Shown in pieces: positions 1-9,908 of a DNA stretch of 64,000 nucleotides; the stretch's first letter is position 1; the number at the start of each line of letters is the position of its first letter. Origin of the DNA: Amoebophrya sp. A120. Taxonomy: Eukaryota > Protista > Dinoflagellata. Under the pieces are notes generated by a model, which was given only the letters and a program-made list of their open reading frames with translations, was not told where the DNA came from and made no database searches. The stretch spans positions 1,857,216-1,921,215 of the forward strand of contig CAJINV010000002.1 of assembly GCA_905178155.1 (NCBI GenBank), in the 5' to 3' direction. The position numbers and the translations under genes are program-made.

Positions 1-76
1 ACACAGATATTTTCAGAATCCGCAGGGACCATTACAAGTTCCACTTTTCCAGACCCAGACATATTTGCACTGCATA
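1..76. mobile_element. Introner family B, right end only
   Basis: Ends TTCCAGACCCAGACATATTTGCACTGCATA, the family B terminal repeat. Confidence 0.8.
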
Positions 77-469
77 GACAGAGCAGCAATGCGATGATGC
101 TCGTCCACACCTGACAGGTGTTGTTTTTTTCGATGGTTTCCCGGTTTTCCTCCGAGACCCGCCATATCGCGATTAACTTGTCGTTGTCTTCTATCCCACG
201 AAAAAAGTGTTACAGTTACACATTTGTAGTGAATTCAGCAACACAAAGTTCTCTGCATGACAGAGAAAACTTGTAATGCAAAAATCCTACGTGGAAACAC
301 CTATGAAACGAGGCTCCTATGCATATCCGGCATGACAGAGCTTGTCTGTCTTGCTTGGCCTGCAACACAGTGTACAACTGCAACACTTTTTTCTTGCGAT
401 ATCTTCTCTCGCAAACTCCTCGCACTTCTGGCGGTCTTCCTCTTTCGCATTGGAGAGGAGCTGGACCAT
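1..469 (-). CDS. 5' part of a gene, paralog of the SHOCT membrane protein at 2558-9088; runs off the window start
   Basis: ATG at 469. Removing introner 192-401 plus one TCTTC gives MVQLLSNAKEEDRQKCEEFAREDNDKLIAIWRVSEENRE, closely similar to the N-terminus at 9088 ([39 protein letters not shown]). Confidence 0.8.
192..401. mobile_element. Introner family E
   Basis: TIR TATCCCACGAAAAAAGTGT / ACACTTTTTTCTTGCGATA; 5-bp direct repeat TCTTC. Confidence 0.9.
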
Positions 470-1475
470 TTTGAATTTGAGGCTGCTTTGGTTTTACTAG
501 GAGGAGGAGCAGGAACTAAGTACCTCGCCTGAATAAAATAAATACGGTGCTGCCACCAGTTTTTGAAACTTATGATGCAAAGCAGTAGCCCTACAGATGA
601 AACTGCGCATAATTTTCGCTATACGTCAGGGGAGACATTTTCTAACAATCATCTTCTCGGATTAAAATCTAGCACGCGGCTCTGAAGGAAGAAGAAATTC
701 GTCTTCTCTACTGGTTGTAAAACCTTCTTCATCAGAGGAATCACAAATCGTGGGTGCTTTCAAAAGGAAAATCACATCAAGAAAGCGATCCTGGTGAAAG
801 TTTTTTTGAGGGAGCTGCAAGGTAAATTTCTTGTTAAGCAACGATACTAAAGCCATAGTCGTCAACATCAAAAGGGAAGCAAAATGATCCACGGACGACG
901 ACTTACAAATACGAAGAAGCCGACTTTTTTGGTACAACCTTCTATAGCGCCATGCGCAGGTACGGACGATTTTCACTTTTATTCTGTACGGACGATAAAG
1001 CTGTCAGGACGACAACGACGGCTACAGAGCGTAGAAGTCAGTGGATGGTCAAATTTGCAATGCATTTTCAATATCAACACCGAGCTATTCGTCCAACAAC
1101 ACGACCTCCAACTTCTATACCGAAACTGCACATCAACGAATGTAGTAGCTGCAAGAAATAAGTCGACATCTCATACCGACTTTTTTGCTGAAAACGAAAG
1201 TTTTCTCCTCATGATGGAGCAGGGACACGAACGAAAGGAGGACCAACGAGAAGGACAAACCGAAGCTCACAGCAGTAGCTTAAGTTTATAGGAGGTTGCA
1301 TTGACGACGCAACTGATGGATAGGTGCAACTGATGAAAAGATGAAGGCTGGAGGTTATCTTATTGTAACTGTCTATCTCTAAAAATAAGTGGGTGTTGTC
1401 GTGTTGTTCCCACGTACGTTGTTCTCGTAAAAAAGAAGAAACTGGACTATGAATTATACCATTGTTTACAAAGAA

Positions 1476-2420
1476 ATATCGATAAAAAAATTAACCAATT
1501 GTGAAGGAGATGGAGATCTACATTGTAGACGCAGGAGCCGGGGCAAGAGGTGTAGTCGCAGGAGCCGGGTCAGGGTTCGCTGCGTGATGGGCCAACTGCA
1601 ACCGATACTCACTCCCGTCAAGGTACTCTGGCAAAATCGCCGGCGCATTTTGCGGCAAACGGCCACGCTGCTGCATCCAGTTACGGAGGTCAGTGCACCC
1701 CTTCGGATCGTGACTGAACTTGCAAGGCGGTCCGAGCCGGCACTTTTCTCCGCCCGCGACATTCTGGCAGTTCAGCTGGGCGATCGGCATGGTGTTTTAA
1801 CGTTTTGTTTAATTCAATTATACAATTTCTAAAGTCTTACAATTCTAAAATCTTACAAGGATGGATGTGCAGTGGTGTTCACAAAGTAGTCTAGCAGTGT
1901 CGCGTGCGCAATACTTCGTAAAAATAGAAAGGCAAACAGATGTTTTCTGCTCTATTGTGGGCGAACACTATCTACCTATTCGGTCGACATATGTATTCGC
2001 GATTTTGCTGCTATTCCTGCAAATCTGTACAAGTACAGACAGATGAATATTTTCGGAGAGTGCGACGTTCGTGCGGGGTAGTGCAACATCATGGATTTCA
2101 AATTTGGAGAGCTCTATTCTATGTGCTTGGATATGAAGATGAACTTTTACTACGCGCGCGGAACTGAGTATTTAAGTGCTTGCACCATCCTATTTCAAAT
2201 ATTTTACATCGAGGCTTTCGACCTGCCCCGACCGCCCCTCATCGTGCGAAGCGCTCAAATTGATTACTGAGACAAGCAATTTCTAGTTTTGTTCTTTCGT
2301 TGGAGGGATGGTGCTTAGCCTAGGGCGAACAAAGAATGAAGAGAAAAAGGAAAAAGAAATAGAGCATATCGATAAAAAAATTAACCAATTGTGAAGGAGA
2401 TGGAGATCTACATTGTAGAC
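1476..2420. repeat. 55-bp identical direct repeat (1476-1530 and 2366-2420)
   Basis: ATATCGATAAAAAAATTAACCAATTGTGAAGGAGATGGAGATCTACATTGTAGAC occurs twice. Confidence 0.95.
1518..1790 (-). CDS. Small CCCH zinc-finger protein (90 aa)
   Basis: CQNVAGGEKCRLGPPCKFSH fits C-x8-C-x5-C-x3-H; ATG in an A-rich context (AAAACACCATG). Confidence 0.65.
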   Translation of the reverse strand: MPIAQLNCQNVAGGEKCRLGPPCKFSHDPKGCTDLRNWMQQRGRLPQNAPAILPEYLDGSEYRLQLAHHAANPDPAPATTPLAPAPASTM

Positions 2421-2557
2421 AAGTTGGGGAAAAAATAAAGCAGATTCTTGTCGTCCGAAGGACTGCCTGTGATTTCTTAATATCGTGTCCTGAAGTGTAG
2501 TCACCGAGACCGAGGCGAGAAGAAGACCATTTTTCACGTCACCTCCAAATCTACTCT

Positions 2558-5500
2558 TCAATGAAACTGTCTCATGAGGTCTTCGCGTTTTGTGTCGTAC
2601 TCGAATTGCGTAATGGCCTCCGCATCCAGAAGTTGCTTAAGCGCCAGGATTTTTCGCGACACATCCTCCGGATTAGAAGTTGTCGTGGTGCCATAATTTT
2701 CATTTTGCTGTCCCATCATAGGATAACCACCAGCACCGCCCGGCATTTGCACCACCACCATCGGCGCGCCACCGCCGCTTTTGACGTACTTTTCCTTGGC
2801 CTCGCGAATCATCTTTGCCGCGCCGTTTGGGTCGGAGCACCACACCCGACAGGAGGGATTCAGCAGGGCTGAGCGTATGACCTGCAAAAGCATCGTATCC
2901 GATACGATATGCATTTTATACTAGTGCGATACGGTATCGCACTAGCATAAAATGCATTACAAGTTAGCTTAGCATGAGAAATGGATTTTGTCATGCTGAT
3001 CTAGTACCTTGGGACGGAGAAGCGGTAAAAATAAATGCAATTACTACGAGTACGATACTTTTGCACAGGATAGAGCGGTTGTCTCGGCTATTTGCCTGCA
3101 GCGGGTCGGCGATCGCGCAGCCGAGTTGGACGTGTAGTTTGACAGCGGTGGTTCCGCCAGAGCAGACAAACATCCCCGACTCCGCCTGGTCAATGGTGAT
3201 CGAGTTGATTTGCGACAACTCACAGTAGGCCCGGTCGCTGCCGGATTGATACAGTCTCCCCATGTTCACAGTCTGCATCTTGTAGAAATTCTTCTCCCCC
3301 AGCGCCCACACCTTGCCCTCCATGGACGCTTTGGCACTCTTCTGCGACATACACATGCACCCGATGCACAACACCATCGGTAGGAGAGAAAGGAGAATTG
3401 AAAGGAGAATTTTTGGAAGGAAATCTGTACCTTCCCCACTGGCTTTGCCGCCTGAGCCTGTGACAAAAAACACGGTAACCGATATGGAGATGAGACCAAT
3501 CACGACACAGATGACGTGGCTGCAACACAGGCCCTTCCGCACCGACTCCTTGTTTATGAACTGCAAAAGTATCGCACTCGTATAAATGCATTACAAATTT
3601 CCTCAGCATGAGAAATAAAATTTGTCATGCGGCTTTACTTTAAGAAAAAAATTTGTTGTTGTTGTTGTTGTTGTTGAGTAAGATCCTATGGGAGGACCCT
3701 CACAACTACCTCTTCCAGTCGGGTGACTATCGGCATGAGGAGTTGTGGTAAAGCTATTCCCCCTTTCTATCCGAAAATAAAAAGGATCGAGGAGACCAGA
3801 GCCCCATGTGCGAGAATGTGGGCGAGGACGCACACAACTAGTACACTCCCGCTATAACAGCACCTGGGAGACACAGTGACACAACTCAAATATTAAGACT
3901 CGCACGGGGGATGGTAGCTTTGTTCCCTTGGGACCAGAAGACCACTTAAGGCAACCGGATCGAGGCGGGACCGAACCCTGAAGGGGAGTGATTTACATAC
4001 ACATCCTTCAAGGGGGCACACCGAAACAACCGAGACTTCATGGTGGAGCCAGGTCCGGCGTAGTGCCAACTACCTGAAAATATACCGAAGGGGTCGAGCA
4101 ACAGAAGCAGAACCTTACCGATACCAACCGAAGTCTGATCTAATGCCCGCAACTGATCTACGGCCGAAATCTGATCTAGTTATCGCAGACGAAATCTGAT
4201 CTATTCACTATTTTCCAGCAATGCAAAAATAAAACCTGATCGAATTACAAAGATAAAAAACCAGATCCATGGCAGTCAATAGAGAATGATGATCGTAGTG
4301 CAGTGCCAACGTGATCTAAAAATTTTGATCCAAATCATGCGACCGACATGTTTGAACAACGCGACACCAACAACACAAAGACGTCGGCGGGAATATAGCT
4401 ATAAGGCCTCCCCTACGCTGGGAAACAACAGTACGCAACCGAACCCAACAAACTGGCAATAACCTCCAGGGGATCCGCCAACAGAGAAGAAGGGGAGGGG
4501 GGCAGTAATGCAGGAAAATGTAAAACCCGAACCGAAGAGATTGCTTCTTTGTTCCTTTAAAGCAATAAAGCGGAGAGAGCTGGCAAAGGAAATAGGGCGG
4601 AAATAGTAGCGAAGCAAAAACATACCATCATAACCAAACCCCGGCGAAGTGCCGGGGCCGCAATATCCATACAGGAAAAGGCCCAAGGCCGCAGGCGGTA
4701 GGCATAGGGCTAAGGCAGCAGGTAAAGGGCTGCCGACGGTAGGCACTGGGCAAAAGGCGGTAGGCATAGGGCTACAAGCATAAGGCAAAAAGCATAAGGC
4801 AAAGGGCATAAGGCAAAAGGCATAAGGCAAAAGGCATAAGGCGCAAGAAGTAAGGCATCAATAAGGCATAAGGCATAAATAAGGCATAAGGCATACAAAA
4901 GGCATAAGGCATAAAAAAGGCATAAGGCATAAATAAGGCGTAAGGCATAAATAAGGCACAAGGCATAAATAAGGCATAGGGCATAAGGCACGCATAAGGC
5001 ATAAATAAGGCATAAGGCATAAGGCAGAAGGCAGAAGGCAGAAGGCAGAAGGCAGAAGGCAGAAGGCAGAAGGCAGAAGGCAGAAGGCAGAAGGCAGAAG
5101 GCAGAAGGCAGAAGGCAGAAGGCAGAAGGCAGAAGGCAGAAGGCAGAAGGCAGAAGGCAGAAGGCAGAAGGCAGAAGGCAGAAGGCATAAATAAAAAGGC
5201 ATAAGGCACAGCTAAGGCATAAGGCAGAGCTAAGGCATAAGGCAAAACAAAGGCATAAGGCATAGCTGAGGCATGAGGCATGGCCAAGGCTGCTAAAAGC
5301 GGTAGGCAAAAGGCCAAAGGACAGCAGGAAAAAAGCCAAAAGGCTGAAGGAAAGCGCATAGGGCCAGCGGTCGTAGGACGTCAGAAGTCCAAAGCAGGCA
5401 GGGCGGCAGGCATAAGGCCAAAGTCGGAAGGCGTAAGGCCAAACACGGTAGGCATAAAGCCAAAAACATTAGGCCTAAGGCCAAAAACAGTAGGCAAAAG

Positions 5501-8500
5501 GCCAGAGGCATTAGGCAAAAGGCAGCCAGCAGGCAAAAGGCGGCAGGCCTAAGACCTGACGCCACAGGCATAGGGTAAAAGCCGGCAGGCATAGGGCCCC
5601 CATATTTCTATTTTTTTTTATCACAGTTAAAAACTTGGGAAGAGGAACAGGAAGGATAGTCGTAAAACCCATCAGAATAAATATTGAGCTATGCGCTGCC
5701 AAATTCCAAAAGGAGGGGAAGGAAGTAAAGGAGATGAGGATAGAGCTGAGAGCGTAAGCTTAAAGGTCTCGTTAATGATAGTGGGACGCCCGGCACCAAA
5801 ACTGCCAACCACGACGCGACGACCAAGACGGACCACGCAGGGTGCAACAACAAGGGAGGAGCCCAAATAAGCAGAGCACCGCTGTGATTCGCCTAATTTC
5901 CTAAAAGAGATTGCAGATCTGTCAAGTTAACTATAGAGAAAACGGAAGCGCTTCCGAAATGCGAAACGCGAAAAGCGAAAAACCAAAGGAGGGCAATAGA
6001 GAACTAGGAGAGTAAGAAGAGAGAGACAGCGGAAGCGCCTCCGAAATGCGAAACGCGAAAAACCAAAGGGGGGCCGTGGGCAATTAATAGAGTAGGAAGA
6101 GAGAGAGCGGAAGCGGCTCCGAAATGCGAAACGCGAAAAGCCAAAGGGGGGCCGTGGCTGCTCAGTAGGGTAGGAAGAGAGACAGCGGAAGCGCCTCCGA
6201 AATGCGAAGCACGAAAAACAACAAAGCGACCGGGGTGGGCTCCCTGATAATGAGTAGAGTAGGAAGAGAGAAAGCGACAGCGCCTCCGAAATGCGAAACG
6301 CGAAAAGCGGCGAGGAAAGAAGGCAGGCCCTTCGCCTCTTACTAAGTGGAGACATTGGCGACGCTCGGCGCCGCCTCCGGCGTTGTCCCTCCTACCCTTC
6401 CGCACTAGCGACATCCGCGACCCCCACACTGAATATCCTGCGGGGCTAGTGATAGTTTGTATGCGCATGGGGGCGCGTCCAGTTCTAGGAGGCCGGGGGC
6501 CCGGAGGGGCGGGTTGGCTCTTGGTCTTGGCATTGTCGCTAGGCACGCGGCTCGCCCGTGCGCCCAAGCGCAACAGATCGACGCGGACCACCGTCCCGCC
6601 CGTCTGTCTTTGTTTTGGCCGGGCGAGAGGCCGGGGCCGGCGGGGGGCGCGCGGAAAGCGGAGGCATGGATCCCAGTCCGTCGCAGCGCTTGGCCCATGC
6701 CGCGCCAAATGGCGCGGCGGGCCCTTGGTCGGTCGCACCAGCCGCAGCCTGCGGCGGGGTTGGCACCCTGTTGCGTAGGCCCGAAACGAAAACGCTGGGC
6801 ATTCGCCTGGGGGCGCTTCTGTTTGTGTGTGTGCGTGGCGAGATGAATATCGCGAGAAACTTCCCGGCGGGCGCACCAATGTAGCAGAGCGCAGCGATGG
6901 GCGCCCCTGAGGGCCGCCGGCGCCAAGCCTCCCACCGTGTTCGAGGCGCGGGCGGCAGCACAAAGTTGCGAGGGTTTCGCGAGAAGACGAGGGCCATCGC
7001 AACAAATTCCACCTAATAGCGCCGGCGAAGTGAATCAGGCTGGCAGCTCGGTCGTGGCTCGAGAATGAAAGCGCGCGCATTTTTCTTCACCAATGGAAGC
7101 AAATGCAAACAAAGCCACGCGATTCATTGCGCGCAAAAAATTAATGACGAGAAGGAGGCGACCCTGTTCACCGCAGCAAGCCCATCCATCCAAAAGCGCA
7201 AGCGGATTACTGACGAGAAAGTCCTCTCGTGGTTCGAAGAAAAAAGCGCAGGCCTCTCATCGGTAGAAGCATGCAACGCAAATCCCGGAGCGCCATCGTG
7301 CTCGAAAGCGATGGCGTTGCAAAGTGCTTGCCCATGGCAACAGGCCTAGCCCTTCTCTCAGCGAGAATCCGCCCGCGGAGCAAAATGCGGCCCCTGAAAG
7401 CGCTCGCGGTCGCGCCGGCGGTCCGCACTGGCCAGCCTGGATTTGCCGAGTGGGGCTTGCTGCCATCCAGCCGCCGATCTGCTCCGGCCGGATGCGGGGC
7501 CCTCCTCCCACATGGGCGCGCGGCGCCACCCTGGAGAAAGGCGCGACACCGGCCCCCGGACGCCCCAGACCCCCCGCATGCGCGCGCGTTTGTAGTGCGC
7601 GCGGCATGTTTGTAGTGCGCGCGCCCTTTCGGTGTATCCTGTCCTGTCGAAGATCGCGCCGGCCCGGCGCTTGTTAGTTGTTAGCTTGCGTTATGTTGCT
7701 AGACTGGCTCTGCTGATGACGGCGCAGCCCCTCGCGGGCGGGGGCCGCGCCGATCTGCTGCGGGCGCACGGGCGGGCAACATCCCTCGCGACAATATTGA
7801 GACCGAGCAAGCAAAAACGCCCTCGGGGCCCAGGCCTCCACGACCCGGACGCCTCCCCTTTCGCTTTCCTTTGCAAACTAGCTGCGCAACGTATGCAATG
7901 CGGAGCTTCGCCAAGATCGGTCGCGTCGCACGCTATTGAAGAAAACCGCGCGGGGCTGTGTGCATACCATTCAGGAGGGGGGCTCGTTGTGGCCATTCAT
8001 TCATTCCGGAGGGGCTGCGTGCATGCCATTCATTCAAAAAGCAAGGAGGGGGGTTCGTTGTGATGGAAAAAAAGGCGGAACAAAGCCAAATGGCTGGGCT
8101 CGCTTTTCGCGTTTCGCATTTCGGGGGCGGCTTTCGCTTCTCTTTATCTCTTCTGCTAATTATTTCCCCGGTCGCTTTCTTCGCGTTTCGCGCTTCGCTT
8201 TTCGTGGGTCGCTTCCGCTTTTTCTCTGCTTACTATATTCATTGTCTTGGGGCTCTTTTTGTTTTCCGTGTTTCGCATTTCGGCAGCCGCCTCCCCCTTC
8301 TCTTTGCTTACTATATGAGTTCTGTTATGGGTCGGCTTTGTATTTTTTTCGCTTTTCGCGTTTCGCAATTCAAGCAAGGAAGCCAACTTCCTCCACACTT
8401 TACACAACACACACACACACACCCAAGACGCCTCTCATGCTATCCCTTTCTTCTATTTTCTGTGTTCCGAAGGGATCCACTTACTAACCAGATCACGATG

Positions 8501-9088
8501 GGAATCCAAGTCGTTGCACTTGTTCCAGGTGAAAAAATGGTAGGTGTTTCGCTTGGAATGCTGCTTATTTGGGCTCGTGCCAACAACAACGAAGACGCAC
8601 CAACCTCATGGGGGAGAGGACACAAGGGTGGGCGGGATCCGTATGCAGTCGTCTAAGAGGATTCCAACCAGTCCTGTGTTTAAAAGGACACAGAAGTCAT
8701 GACCAAAAAGTACTGGGAGGAGATCCTAATGCAAATATACAAAAAGACTCCATGAGGGGAGTCGGAACCAAACCTCTAGGGCGGTAAGATTCCAGAGAGA
8801 CACATACCACGCACGATGCCAACCACTGCATACTCTCTTTCAATCTCTCGGGCAAGCCCCCGACGATAAGGGGAGAGAGATCAGGACCTTGGTTACCCGG
8901 CTTCGCCCCCGGGGGGAAAAAAATTTGTAATGCAAGACTTGCATTTATACGAGTACGATACTTTTGCACAGGATATTGTTTTCGTCCGAAACGCGCCAGA
9001 TGGCGACAATTTTGTCGTTGCAGTCCCTGGCGTAGGCTTCACAGGTCTCCCGGTCCTCCTCCCTGGCGTTCGAAAGGAGCTGCGTCAT
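2558..9088 (-). CDS. Two-TM membrane protein with a C-terminal SHOCT-like domain; 3 exons (about 9088-8976, 3549-3073, 2870-2558)
   Basis: Removing 3555-8975 and 2876-3072 (each plus one direct-repeat copy) joins ...VSDENK|ESVRKGLCC... to the C-terminus [27 protein letters not shown] (SHOCT-like); two hydrophobic helices. Confidence 0.8.
2876..3072. mobile_element. Introner family A (long variant)
   Basis: TATGACCTGCAAAAGCATCGTA ... TACGATACTTTTGCACAGGATA; direct repeat GAGCG. Confidence 0.9.
4700..5595. repeat. Heptamer satellite: 23 perfect AAGGCAG units at 5021-5181 inside degenerate AAGGCAT/AGGCA units
   Basis: Read directly; explains the spurious LLPSAFC ORFs. Confidence 0.95.
5940..6310 (+). 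repeat. About 80-bp tandem repeat, 5 copies, core CCGAAATGCGAAACGCGAAAA
   Basis: Cores at about 5954, 6041, 6119, 6197, 6286. Confidence 0.9.
8100..8372 (-). repeat. Inverted copies (about 4) of the same core (TTTTCGCGTTTCGCATTTCGG)
   Basis: At about 8104, 8180 (degenerate), 8262, 8354; reverse complement of the 5940-6310 core. Confidence 0.85.
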
Positions 9089-9908
9089 TTTTTGATGGCG
9101 ACAAAACTACTACAATCAATATAGCACCCGATATGACTGTGAAAAGTACAATGGAGCGTCTACGTGCGCCGGAGTTAGTAGTAGAGTAAGACCAGATCGG
9201 CAGGTCAGGAAATCACGTGGTTGAGAAAGAGTTGCTGTATGAGTCCACTGCACTACTTATGCTGGGTACAAAGAAAGAGCAGGAGAAAAAAATATGTCTA
9301 TAAGGGAAGCGAGCTAGAGGGGACACGAAGCAGGGGTTTACTGTAATTACGTCGGGAAGAAACGTGCTCCACTGTACTGTGCTGCTTCGGAAATAAGTAT
9401 AAGGCGGGTACTATGAGGGAAAAAAAAGGAAAAGTTCGTAATTCTGACCGGACGCGTTTCTTCAGAACGAAAACGCACGACGCTAGAGCACAAGCACGAG
9501 CCGAAAGGTGGTGGGCACGCGATAGAAAAAGTTACGCCAACACCGAAAAGGTGGCAACGGGACGAGTTCTCTAGTACGACAAGCAGAACGAAGACTCTTC
9601 TACCGACTTTGCCGCCAGACGAGCAGGTGGGACGAAACGGGCGTGACCGACCGTAGAGACGTACATATAGTTCGACCGAGATGACACTGACAGGAAATAA
9701 TAACTCGATGAGCGCAAGGAAATTTATAGCAGTTTCGAAGAGCAGAACACCCAAGAACGATCGGTAGAATATAGGTACGTACCTAGTCTGCGAAACCATA
9801 ATGAGTTCTTCAGATATTCCTGGTTTTTATTGGTTCCATGAACTCAGTTTCGTCACAGGACAGCATCTCAATTCTGCCAGAGAGAACAAGAATGAAAGAT
9901 CCCACTTA

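Larger units (their letters stand above)
3657..8915 (-). mobile_element. Non-autonomous non-LTR-retroposon-like insertion with (AAC)n tail and 13-bp TSD
   Basis: GAAAAAAATTTGT duplicated at 3644-3656 and 8916-8928; (GTT)n run abutting the left TSD, i.e. an (AAC)n 3' tail on the minus strand; no RT, endonuclease or transposase ORF visible. Confidence 0.8.
3555..8975. mobile_element. Introner family A split by a 5.26-kb nested insertion (halves 3555-3656 and 8916-8975)
   Basis: Left TIR TATGAACTGCAAAAGTATCGCACTCGTA at 3555; right TIR TACGAGTACGATACTTTTGCACAGGATA ending 8975; direct repeat TTGTT on both sides; the halves reassemble into a normal ~150-bp family A copy. Confidence 0.9.

Noticed and set aside
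4135-4210. CTGA...GAAA repeats as hammerhead ribozymes
   Set aside because: They read CTGATCTA rather than CUGANGA and I could not find the three stems.
5021-5181. Heptamer array as an interstitial telomere
   Set aside because: AAGGCAG/CTGCCTT does not match TTTAGGG-type telomeric repeats.
4399-5592. ORFs with LLPSAFC / MPYAL repeats
   Set aside because: Translations of the heptamer satellite; open in several frames because the unit lacks stops.
5940-6310. Repeat-spacer pattern resembling a CRISPR array
   Set aside because: The intervening sequences are similar to each other, there are no cas genes, and the context is eukaryotic.
6004-8656. Overlapping long ORFs in the core of the nested element as a possible RT or transposase
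   Set aside because: Arg/Gly/Pro/Ala-rich products on both strands, typical of GC-rich non-coding DNA; no RT, endonuclease or DDE motifs seen.
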